DNA of 36,733 bases, from IMG/VR virus record IMGVR_UViG_3300028585_000520, positions 1 to 36,733 of that record. One strand, 5' to 3'. The notes beneath the pieces are model-generated. The model had not been told where the DNA came from. It searched no databases and worked only from the letters and a program-made list of their open reading frames with translations. Below, piece after piece: positions 1-7,674 of this stretch. A program made the translations under genes and the position numbers. Origin of the DNA: a virus. Its lineage: Duplodnaviria; Caudoviricetes. How positions within the stretch are numbered: the stretch's first letter is position 1; each line of letters opens with the position of its first letter.

Positions 1-1161
1 ATGAAAACTGGATTATTTACTACCCCGAAGCTTAAAACCTATGAGGATTTGAGCTCAACCTGGTATGTGTGGTTTCGCTTTAATGGCAAGCTGGTAAAAA
101 AAACGGGGGATATCAACCGTATTCAAAATTTTTCAAAGAGATCTGCTGCAGGTAACTTTCTTGCAGTTGAATTACATTCTCAATTAAAAAGGGGGTGGAA
201 TCCTCATGTGCCTGATGAAACTTTTAATGAAGGTCAGGATATGACTTTGTACCAGGCATTAGATTATTCAATGGGGAAAAAGAAATCCTCACTGGCTCCC
301 AAAACTTATTTAGACTATAGTGGTACCGTTAGATTTTGCCAAGCTGCAATAATTAAATTAAAGCTCACTAACCTATCAATTGCCGATACAAAGATGGTAC
401 ACATCAAAACTATATTAGAATGCGTTAAAGCATCCCGGGCATGGTCTAATAAAGCATACAATAAGCATCTTGGATATTTACAAGCAATCCTAACCGAATT
501 AATTGAATGGCAAATCATCCCGTTTAATCCAGCTCACAAGATTAAGACATTAAAAGTTCCTAAAACAACAGCTAATAGGCCACCTACACAAGAAGAGGCG
601 CTTATAATAAAATCACACCTCGAACAGCATCATCCGGAATATCTCGCGTTCCTTTCGGTACTTTTTCATACAGGCATTAGGCCTTGGGAGATTACGCAAT
701 TAAAAGCTAACATGATAACTAAGGCGGTGTACAATGATGAAATCGAAAGGAATTTTGTACTACCTCCTGAAATCACTAAAACTGATAAGGAACGCGTAGT
801 GCTTATCAATGACGATTTATGGTACTATCTGAAACCTATACTTGGTAATAATTGCCACCCAAACCATTATATTTTTGCTCGACATAAAGAGGGCAAGGAT
901 TTTACTCCTGGCCACGTCCTGATGAGCAGAAGGCGCGCAACCGACAAATGGAAGAGGGTGGTTAAGGATGAACTTAACATCGATGTGAACCAATATGCAT
1001 ATAAACACTTTGGCGCTGATATGAAGATATTGGCAGGGGTATCGCTGGAGGCATTAAAAGAGCTGTATGGGCATGCATCTACGGTAACGACTGAAGTATA
1101 TGCCCGGGCGGTTAAAAGGGTCTACAGGCAGGAATTAATGAGCAAGTCACCGGCTCTATAA
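1..1161 (+). CDS. int: Tyrosine recombinase / phage integrase
   Basis: TGIRPWEI (catalytic R), TKTDKER (K), YAYKH (variant of HxxR), LYGHASTVTTEVY (H...Y nucleophile). Confidence 0.95.
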   Translation: MKTGLFTTPKLKTYEDLSSTWYVWFRFNGKLVKKTGDINRIQNFSKRSAAGNFLAVELHSQLKRGWNPHVPDETFNEGQDMTLYQALDYSMGKKKSSLAPKTYLDYSGTVRFCQAAIIKLKLTNLSIADTKMVHIKTILECVKASRAWSNKAYNKHLGYLQAILTELIEWQIIPFNPAHKIKTLKVPKTTANRPPTQEEALIIKSHLEQHHPEYLAFLSVLFHTGIRPWEITQLKANMITKAVYNDEIERNFVLPPEITKTDKERVVLINDDLWYYLKPILGNNCHPNHYIFARHKEGKDFTPGHVLMSRRRATDKWKRVVKDELNIDVNQYAYKHFGADMKILAGVSLEALKELYGHASTVTTEVYARAVKRVYRQELMSKSPAL

Positions 1162-1356
1162 TGCATCTGCCTTAGCTTTGATATATTTTACGAGATCGTC
1201 CAGATTAGCAGCGGTAAAATTACGCCCCGGCAATGCAAGTATCTTTTTACGAAATTGTCCGTAAGGGATATCCATGACCTCAGCAGCTTTTACAGCAGTC
1301 ATTCCGAAAGTATCCATTACCGATTTAATCTGTGTGGTTATTTCGTTAGCATCCAT
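1156..1356 (-). CDS. Small helix-turn-helix DNA-binding protein (66 aa)
   Basis: Cro/Xre-like pattern GMTAVKAAEVMDIPYGQFRKK; stop codon abuts the integrase stop (ctataa 1156-1161). Confidence 0.65.
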   Translation of the reverse strand: MDANEITTQIKSVMDTFGMTAVKAAEVMDIPYGQFRKKILALPGRNFTAANLDDLVKYIKAKADAL

Positions 1357-1484
1357 ACGATAAATAGTATTAATAAGGTGGCGGCAATAATATGCTCAAT
1401 TGAAATATTAAATTCAATATCAAATTCGACATCATACTCCCAGTCTTTAAATTTTTTCCAAAGTTTCATCATATACCTAATCAT
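1338..1484 (-). CDS. 48-aa membrane peptide with acidic amphipathic beta segment and C-terminal TM helix
   Basis: MIRYMMKLWKKFKDWEYDVEFDIEFNISIEHIIAATLLILFIVWMLTK; ATG at 1484 in an A-rich context; overlaps the start of the HTH gene. Confidence 0.65.
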   Translation of the reverse strand: MIRYMMKLWKKFKDWEYDVEFDIEFNISIEHIIAATLLILFIVWMLTK

Positions 1485-1497
1485 TTTTATATAATTT

Positions 1498-1539
1498 TGT
1501 GAAGTGAATGGAGGGGGATTAACACCCCCTCGCTTCACA
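1498..1539. other. GC-rich intergenic stem-loop between the two peptide ORFs
   Basis: GAGGGGG(1511-17)/CCCCCTC(1525-31) perfect stem, extended by TGTGAAG(1498-1504)/CTTCACA(1533-39). Confidence 0.8.
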
Positions 1540-1542
1540 CTT

Positions 1543-1647
1543 CTAAGCCCAAAGGCTTAACAACTCTTTAAGGCTGGCAGATATTCTTAGTAGGAATTTC
1601 CAGCCTTTTTTTGTTGACTTAAAGTGTAGTTTCACTTTAAAATTCAT
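1543..1647 (-). CDS. 34-aa basic peptide (not in ORF track)
   Basis: Hand translation MNFKVKLHFKSTKKGWKFLLRISASLKELLSLWA*; ATG at 1647 preceded by ACAAA, downstream of a candidate promoter. Confidence 0.55.
   Translation of the reverse strand: MNFKVKLHFKSTKKGWKFLLRISASLKELLSLWA
1570..1612 (+). terminator. Candidate + strand intrinsic terminator antisense to the peptide cassette
   Basis: AAGGCTGG(1570-77)/CCAGCCTT(1600-07) stem running into a T7 tract. Confidence 0.45.
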
Positions 1648-1709
1648 TTTGTAATGAATTAAATTAAACATGAAGTAAAGAACTCCGTAACTGTCTCTCA
1701 ATTACAATG

Positions 1710-1740
1710 TAAAAATACGGAACATTTTTGTTCCATGCAA
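1710..1740 (-). promoter_or_regulatory. Candidate Bacteroidota-type promoter with palindromic operator in the spacer
   Basis: Minus strand TTG-N20-TATTTTTA (one mismatch to TAnnTTTG); GGAACA-N4-TGTTCC at 1719-1734. Confidence 0.55.
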
Positions 1741-1812
1741 GTTTTAAGATAGTTTTTTTTACAACTTTTACAATTATTTTCCAATACTGTTTTGATGTGA
1801 GGTTATTAATCG

Positions 1813-1848
1813 AAAAATCCGGCTACATTCAAGTGCAACCGGGTTTCT
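1813..1848 (-). terminator. Intrinsic terminator of the head/lysis operon
   Basis: Minus strand CCGGTTGCA...TGTAGCCGG stem (two G-U pairs) followed by ATTTTT, about 30 nt after the last lysis gene. Confidence 0.7.
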
Positions 1849-1875
1849 AATTGTGGCGAATTCGCCTTAATTAAA

Positions 1876-2511
1876 TTATCTCGCTATAAAAGCACCCCCC
1901 GCAATACCCGCAGCAAACCAAATCCACCATTTTTTATACCACGGTGCCGGGATATCTATTTCGGCAGCGGTAATACCGGTAACTTTTACATATGGGTTTG
2001 TATTTGTAATATCAGTGGTTAGCGATTCTTTGCCTAAAAACCATTTTCGCTTAGTTCCTGTTATTATAGTTGTTGTGTTGGGTATGCTCAGACTATCCAC
2101 TGTAAAGCCGTTTTGATTGCTTTGGTAAGTAAAGCTATACCATTTGTCTTTTAGTCGGCCTGAGCGTTCAAATATGCACGGAATGGTATCATGGTATATA
2201 ATCGGTATACCCGGCAATGTGGTTACAGTGTTATATTTAGCAATGCTTTTCAACTGTAAAAATTCCTTTGACAGTTCAAATAGTTCACGATCCTTTTTAA
2301 GCAAAACATTTTTTAATTGAGCATTGTCAAGCTGCAGGGTTTGCTTACTGGCCGTAACGGTGCCCAGCTTATTTTTGTAATGCTTTACCGTATCGGTTAA
2401 TGCCTGCATGTTCGCGACATCTTTGTCGTGAGCAAAACTACATGTTCCAACTGAAAACAATAATGCAGCCGCCAGGACTGCAATTATTATATGAAGGATT
2501 CTATTTCTCAT
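1876..2511 (-). CDS. Putative spanin-like lysis accessory protein
   Basis: N-terminal signal/TM, coiled-coil, C-terminal PWYKKWWIWFAAGIAGG TM; directly after the endolysin. Confidence 0.55.
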   Translation of the reverse strand: MRNRILHIIIAVLAAALLFSVGTCSFAHDKDVANMQALTDTVKHYKNKLGTVTASKQTLQLDNAQLKNVLLKKDRELFELSKEFLQLKSIAKYNTVTTLPGIPIIYHDTIPCIFERSGRLKDKWYSFTYQSNQNGFTVDSLSIPNTTTIITGTKRKWFLGKESLTTDITNTNPYVKVTGITAAEIDIPAPWYKKWWIWFAAGIAGGAFIAR

Positions 2512-3062
2512 TATGCTTCGTTTTGGCTTATAATGCCGGTTGCACTTAAGTAAGTTCTCTTCACACTGGTAGGTTTACCAATTGAGTAATCAGGTCTGCG
2601 CGCATGCGTTAGCCTTGATTTAAGTATTCTAACTACACTGAACTGGTTAGCCTGATTGCCCCCAGCAACGTGGTATGAGGTGGTATCCTCACCCACATAT
2701 AACCCTACATGGCCACCGCCCGGCCTATCGAATACCAATACATCACCAAACTCAGGTGTTTCAATAGGTGAGCCGAACTTCAGGAATGATTTTGCCCTTA
2801 GACGGTCATAACCCGTAAAGGCAACTTTCTTACCAGCACGTAAGGCCAGCGCCACCATTGCAACCGCACACCATGCAATTTCATCGCTGGTGTAAATCTT
2901 TTCAACACCAGCTTCTTTTGCCAAAGCCATAATCTCTTTGTTAGACTTTTTGCCCGGCTTCTCGGTTGTGTCGAGCTTGCCAAGCTTGATAGCTTCAGCC
3001 ATCATTCTAGGCGGGTTTTTTATATCACCCAGCCAATCGTATTGTGCAGATATCTTTGTCAT
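2511..3062 (-). CDS. Endolysin, NlpC/P60-CHAP-like cysteine peptidase (TIGR02594-like)
   Basis: DEIAWCAV (Cys), GGGHVGLYVG (His), AGGNQ; likely start ATG 3062 right after the holin stop. Confidence 0.85.
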   Translation of the reverse strand: MTKISAQYDWLGDIKNPPRMMAEAIKLGKLDTTEKPGKKSNKEIMALAKEAGVEKIYTSDEIAWCAVAMVALALRAGKKVAFTGYDRLRAKSFLKFGSPIETPEFGDVLVFDRPGGGHVGLYVGEDTTSYHVAGGNQANQFSVVRILKSRLTHARRPDYSIGKPTSVKRTYLSATGIISQNEA

Positions 3063-3063
3063 A

Positions 3064-3600
3064 CTATTCTGTTTTATCAAGGTTATTATCAAATAAGTCT
3101 TTCAGGTTGCCGTTTTTCTCGAAGTTGTACAGCCGTTCCATTATAAATGCAGGTGGGAACTTCTTTTCGTGAATGATGTAAAGGTTTTTTAAGCTTTTGG
3201 ATACTGGCCATAACATTGTCGTGGTTTGTACTACAATTTTAAAACTCTCGCTAATTACCGTTGCCCCCGCGGCCGATCGTAACAACTCAAGCATAATATA
3301 CATTAGCATTACACCCGAAAACATTTTGATATTACCTAACATAAACGCTTTCCAACTAAAGGTTCCGGCCTTTGCATGGTACCATAGTCCTACACCCATG
3401 TTGATTATTAAAGCTAAAATTACACCACCGATAAAGGTTTGGTTAGACACGAACCACAGCCTCAAAGCTTCGAGTAATGCCACTATAGGGCCGAACGTAG
3501 CAATTAGTTTACCGAGGTATGCGAGCTTATCCCAAAATGTTGGTTTGTTTGTAGTGAGCAGCATGAGCCACACGTACACTTTTTGTAGAAATAACATCAT
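3064..3600 (-). CDS. Holin-like membrane protein
   Basis: 3-4 hydrophobic segments, charged C-tail, immediately upstream of the endolysin. Confidence 0.7.
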   Translation of the reverse strand: MMLFLQKVYVWLMLLTTNKPTFWDKLAYLGKLIATFGPIVALLEALRLWFVSNQTFIGGVILALIINMGVGLWYHAKAGTFSWKAFMLGNIKMFSGVMLMYIMLELLRSAAGATVISESFKIVVQTTTMLWPVSKSLKNLYIIHEKKFPPAFIMERLYNFEKNGNLKDLFDNNLDKTE

Positions 3601-3604
3601 CAAG

Positions 3605-4024
3605 TTAGTTTTTAAATAGTTTAAATCGAAGCTTCCATACGTAGAACCAAAACAGCACGTAGCCTATCTCAACAAAGAACACCGCCCAAAATGATGGCTC
3701 ATAAAATAGGGTTAGCAATATTGCAGGTATTCCCGGTAAAATGCCGACTACGGTATACAATATCTCCCAGCCATTAAACTCTTCACCGTTTTTATAATAT
3801 TGAAAGAAGTTTATAACCGTTGGCACAAACACGCAAGCTGTAAAGCCAAGCCCGATGGCCATCCAAATCGACCATGGCGCATATTCATATTCCTTAGCGC
3901 ATGTTGTCAGGTATGCGATACCAATACAGCAAATGATTGCTATTAGTACATTGCTATAGCCGTTCTCTTTTTTGAAGCGTTCTATGAATAAATTCAGTTT
4001 TTCTTTTAGTTTACTCAGTTTCAT
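3605..4024 (-). CDS. Hypothetical four-TM membrane protein
   Basis: Four hydrophobic stretches in 139 aa; in operon before the holin. Confidence 0.7.
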   Translation of the reverse strand: MKLSKLKEKLNLFIERFKKENGYSNVLIAIICCIGIAYLTTCAKEYEYAPWSIWMAIGLGFTACVFVPTVINFFQYYKNGEEFNGWEILYTVVGILPGIPAILLTLFYEPSFWAVFFVEIGYVLFWFYVWKLRFKLFKN

Positions 4025-4223
4025 AATTATTTGGTTTTAGTGTTTCGTTTACAACATCCTGAAGATCTCTATACTCAGGATGCGCTGTTTTAAATTGCTC
4101 CATTGTTCCGTAGTACCTGGCATCATCGCCGGATAGGTAATAATTATCACCCGTTTCAACTTCCGCAACTATCGCCTTTATACCAGGGCGATAAATAATT
4201 AATGTTTTTGTGGCTTTAGGCAT
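4011..4223 (-). CDS. Hypothetical protein (possible fibre/adhesin accessory)
   Basis: 70-aa ORF tightly packed after the LRR-like gene. Confidence 0.55.
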   Translation of the reverse strand: MPKATKTLIIYRPGIKAIVAEVETGDNYYLSGDDARYYGTMEQFKTAHPEYRDLQDVVNETLKPNNYETE

Positions 4224-4225
4224 GG

Positions 4226-5668
4226 TTAGTTTGTTAGTACGGTTACTCCTTTAGATTGCAATAGTGCGACAGCTCCGGAACTGGCTGCTGTACGTGGGGC
4301 ATTAGCGCCCCTTAGATCAAGGACTTTATATACAGACCAGTTAGCTGCGCTCAGGTCAGTTAGCAACTGATCGACTTCAGTACTGGATAGCCCGGTAATT
4401 TGAGGTGTAAACCAAAAACCATAAACATTGACCCATACAGCTGAGCTATATCTACAGTTTAGATTACCGCTCAACTCTATAAACCTTTTACCGCTTATAT
4501 CTGCTATATCCCCATAAATGGTATTATTACCGCCAATGCTGATACTTTCGGGAAGCTTTGGAAAATCATTTAAATCACCGGTTACGGTGTTGTTGCCTCG
4601 AATGTCAAACTGCTGTATATTTCTATTGATATCAGCGATGTTTCCAGTCAAAGTGTTATTACCCCATAACTGTAGATAAAGGATAGTATGAGGAATATTA
4701 GCGATGTTGCCGCCTATAGCGTTATTGCCCTTAATTTGAAACGAATTTGCGGGGAAGCTTATAGCTCCTATGTCGCCACCTAAAGTATTATAGCCCTCAC
4801 AAACAAAGTAGGTAGCTGTAGCAGGGATATCGCTGATTTGACCTGTAATTTCATTTGATCCACTTATATAAAATGCTCTAAGCATTCTATTAAAGTCGGC
4901 CACGTTACCCGTTACAGCGTTTGGTCCACTTATTTGCAGGTTCGTAATGTTTGGTATGTCAGATATATCTCCTGTAATCAGTGATGTATTAGCATCAAGA
5001 TTAAGATTAAGATCAGTGATTGAATCCGGCACGTTAGCCAATGTATCAATGATACCAAACGGTAGAAATTTTAACTCGACAGACTTCACATGATTTGGAA
5101 TATCTGAAAATACTATCGGTTCAATATTGGTGTTATTTTGCAAAACAACAGTGTGCACTGTTGATGGCAAATCCTTGATATTACCGGTTAATGTATTTTC
5201 TCTATAAATTGCGAATACCTTTAAACTTGGCGGTAAATCTAGCAGCCTCCCTGTAAGGTTACCGTATACATAAAACATCGTTGCTGAATTGCGTGGCAAA
5301 TGAACAACATCGCCATGCACATTAAAATCGGGCGTGCTTGTACCGGATTCAGGAAAAGCTTTCAGTTTAAGATACTCTGCAGTATCCATGGATATTACAC
5401 CATTGCCTTGAGTATTTATTGTAAAGTTTTTGGCTAAATTCAAATTTCCCGATATCCTTATGTTTCCTGTATAAGGTTCAGCGAAATCTTTATTTAAAAC
5501 AACTGCATGAGATTCTACAGGTGCGTATCCCAAGTAAGTAAAACCGTCGTCAAACTTAAAACTATAATGACCCAAGCCATACACAGCACCGGAAAATCTC
5601 CTAATATTTTCAGCCTGTAAAATAACTGGCGCTTGTCGTACCCTATGTGCTGCAATAATTCCACTCAT
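4226..5668 (-). CDS. Leucine-rich-repeat-like solenoid protein, probable tail adhesin
   Basis: About 13 repeats of roughly 22 aa, consensus TG[DN]IxD[IL]PxxxxxFxIxGxNT[LIV]; follows the tail fibre gene. Confidence 0.7.
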   Translation of the reverse strand: MSGIIAAHRVRQAPVILQAENIRRFSGAVYGLGHYSFKFDDGFTYLGYAPVESHAVVLNKDFAEPYTGNIRISGNLNLAKNFTINTQGNGVISMDTAEYLKLKAFPESGTSTPDFNVHGDVVHLPRNSATMFYVYGNLTGRLLDLPPSLKVFAIYRENTLTGNIKDLPSTVHTVVLQNNTNIEPIVFSDIPNHVKSVELKFLPFGIIDTLANVPDSITDLNLNLDANTSLITGDISDIPNITNLQISGPNAVTGNVADFNRMLRAFYISGSNEITGQISDIPATATYFVCEGYNTLGGDIGAISFPANSFQIKGNNAIGGNIANIPHTILYLQLWGNNTLTGNIADINRNIQQFDIRGNNTVTGDLNDFPKLPESISIGGNNTIYGDIADISGKRFIELSGNLNCRYSSAVWVNVYGFWFTPQITGLSSTEVDQLLTDLSAANWSVYKVLDLRGANAPRTAASSGAVALLQSKGVTVLTN

Positions 5669-5669
5669 A

Positions 5670-7172
5670 CTATACTAATGCTAAGCGTCCATAAAGTGTA
5701 ACATCTATTTCAGTTCGGTATTTTAAACCGAAAACACCATATCTTTCTGCAATGGTTGGCAGCTCACTGGCCGGATAGTTTAAGTTAAGGCCGGGAGCAG
5801 CTACAAAAGTTGCAGGGCCATTGCCAACTACATCACCCTCGAAAAGCGTATCCCGTAGCGCTACTGGTACTTTTATCTGAAAAGCTGTTGCTATATCAAA
5901 GGATAACCAATGTTCGCCATCGGCCCTGGATAAAGTGTACACACCATCTTCATATCCAAGTGTGTTTATTGTAATCACTTTTACAGTTGTGTGAACAGTA
6001 GATTTAAGTTTCGCTTGTACCCACTCCGTTGTAGGTATCACTTTACTATTTTCATAGTAACCAGGTGTATTCGTTTTACCCTTTGCCATAAATATGGCAT
6101 TCCCATCAAAGGAGAACGCATTAGCGCTGCCTCCTAAATAGAATGTGCCATCATTGTAAAATAAAGAATGACCATTTAAAGCTATTGCAGCATTGCTGCC
6201 ATACCCGCCATTTAGAAAGACCTGTAAATTATTACCTGAATACATCATGCCTGCTAATCCTCCGCCACCGGCTTTGTGAAAAAGTACCGGCAAACCATTA
6301 AGCATGTTTATAGGTGATGTAGTGGCCTCACTGTTTTTAGCTAAGACATCATTTAATCCAGGGATGTAAGGTTCACTTGCTTCATTTAGTACCTGAAAGT
6401 CAGTATCTACACTCTTCAGGTTGCCTACACCATATCTACCAGCTAAACCCACAAACAAATAAGTTTCAACTTCGCCGTTGATTGTGCCTTTCAATATAGT
6501 ATAGCCATCATCTTGAGGCTGTATAGCGATAGCAGGGTTCCGGGAATTAAGCCATTGGTTAACTGTAGTATCAATATTGCCGAAATTGATAGTTAACGTT
6601 TTAGGATCATTTTGAATGTCGTCTAACATCACCGGATTTGTTGCTATAAATAATAAATCATCTATTGATAATTTCTTTTGGCCGGCACCATATACACCTT
6701 TGCCTTTATTTATGACTTTGAAAACGTAAGTGTTATTTAACAACACTCCTTTTGCATTTACTGTGTAAGTCTTAGCATTAATCCACACACTTTGCTGCTC
6801 ATTTACTGAATAGGTTTGGATGGAATTATTTATTGTGTTTACAATATCCAACGCAGATAAATTCTCACTGATGACATTTATGTAGATAACAATATCTATA
6901 TTATCCTGGGCCATAACAATGTTAGAGCCGCCCAGCGTTGTGCGATTATATATAACTGAAAGCAATGCAGCTTGCAATGCAGCAGCAGATCCGTAGCTGT
7001 CACCGTTAACAGTGAAATTGGTATATGAGGTTAAATCTACAAGCACATCTTTACGTTCATAGTTATTAAAAACAATGACTTTATCGCGACGAACCGTAGA
7101 TATATAATTTTTTAAATATTCGACCCCGTTCAAAGTAAATCGAGTAGTACTTATATCTTGAAATACGTTCAT
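5670..7172 (-). CDS. Putative tail fibre / receptor-binding structural protein
   Basis: 500 aa, beta/Gly/Asn-rich, IPTTEWV fibre-type motif, position between adaptor and lysis genes. Confidence 0.6.
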   Translation of the reverse strand: MNVFQDISTTRFTLNGVEYLKNYISTVRRDKVIVFNNYERKDVLVDLTSYTNFTVNGDSYGSAAALQAALLSVIYNRTTLGGSNIVMAQDNIDIVIYINVISENLSALDIVNTINNSIQTYSVNEQQSVWINAKTYTVNAKGVLLNNTYVFKVINKGKGVYGAGQKKLSIDDLLFIATNPVMLDDIQNDPKTLTINFGNIDTTVNQWLNSRNPAIAIQPQDDGYTILKGTINGEVETYLFVGLAGRYGVGNLKSVDTDFQVLNEASEPYIPGLNDVLAKNSEATTSPINMLNGLPVLFHKAGGGGLAGMMYSGNNLQVFLNGGYGSNAAIALNGHSLFYNDGTFYLGGSANAFSFDGNAIFMAKGKTNTPGYYENSKVIPTTEWVQAKLKSTVHTTVKVITINTLGYEDGVYTLSRADGEHWLSFDIATAFQIKVPVALRDTLFEGDVVGNGPATFVAAPGLNLNYPASELPTIAERYGVFGLKYRTEIDVTLYGRLALV

Positions 7173-7173
7173 T

Positions 7174-7674
7174 TTATCCTATTTTGGTAAACTTAAAACC
7201 AGTTGATGTGGCAGCCTTATTGCAGTAATTAAAATCCGGGTGCTTTGTACGTGTTAAATAGTTGCTTACATTATTCCATATCTGGCTGGCCGCTTCTCGG
7301 TTAAGATTGTAGATGGTTTTTTTGGTAGCAGCTTCAACTGGCCGGCTATTATCGTTAAGTTTTTCCACAACAGAGAATGGCGTATCTATTACTGATGAGA
7401 ACATCATGTATCTAGCATAGGCATAGTAACAAATAACCATTTTAAGGCCATAGCATTGATAATTTTCGCTATCATAAACATATGTAACACCTTCAAGTAA
7501 ATCAGTGTAGCCATCAGTGTTATTCAGCAACTTATTGTACAACCTTTCACCTAACAAGGGAGCGATATCCAACATTTGAGCATCTAATATTTGCTCGTTA
7601 AGCTTCTCATCATGTGGTGTTTTAGATATCTGCTTATATTTTGCTATATCAGACCGGGTTATCAGTGGTGTCAT
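7174..7674 (-). CDS. Putative head-tail adaptor
   Basis: 166 aa directly after the portal; LDAQMLDIAPLLGERLY and YYAYARY patterns typical of Bacteroidota phage connectors. Confidence 0.6.
   Translation of the reverse strand: MTPLITRSDIAKYKQISKTPHDEKLNEQILDAQMLDIAPLLGERLYNKLLNNTDGYTDLLEGVTYVYDSENYQCYGLKMVICYYAYARYMMFSSVIDTPFSVVEKLNDNSRPVEAATKKTIYNLNREAASQIWNNVSNYLTRTKHPDFNYCNKAATSTGFKFTKIG

Noticed and set aside
1485-1538. ORF-track N-terminal extension MKRGGVNPPPF of the membrane peptide
   Set aside because: It is a translation of the GC hairpin from a GTG; ATG 1484 has a better A-rich context
1719-1734. Palindrome as an SOS/LexA box
   Set aside because: The GAAC-N6-GTTC spacing does not match GAAC-N4-GTTC; a local HTH operator is the simpler explanation
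4440-5330. Diversity-generating retroelement or invertible cassette acting on the adhesin
   Set aside because: No reverse transcriptase, invertase or near-identical template repeat seen in the window; the repeats are protein-level only
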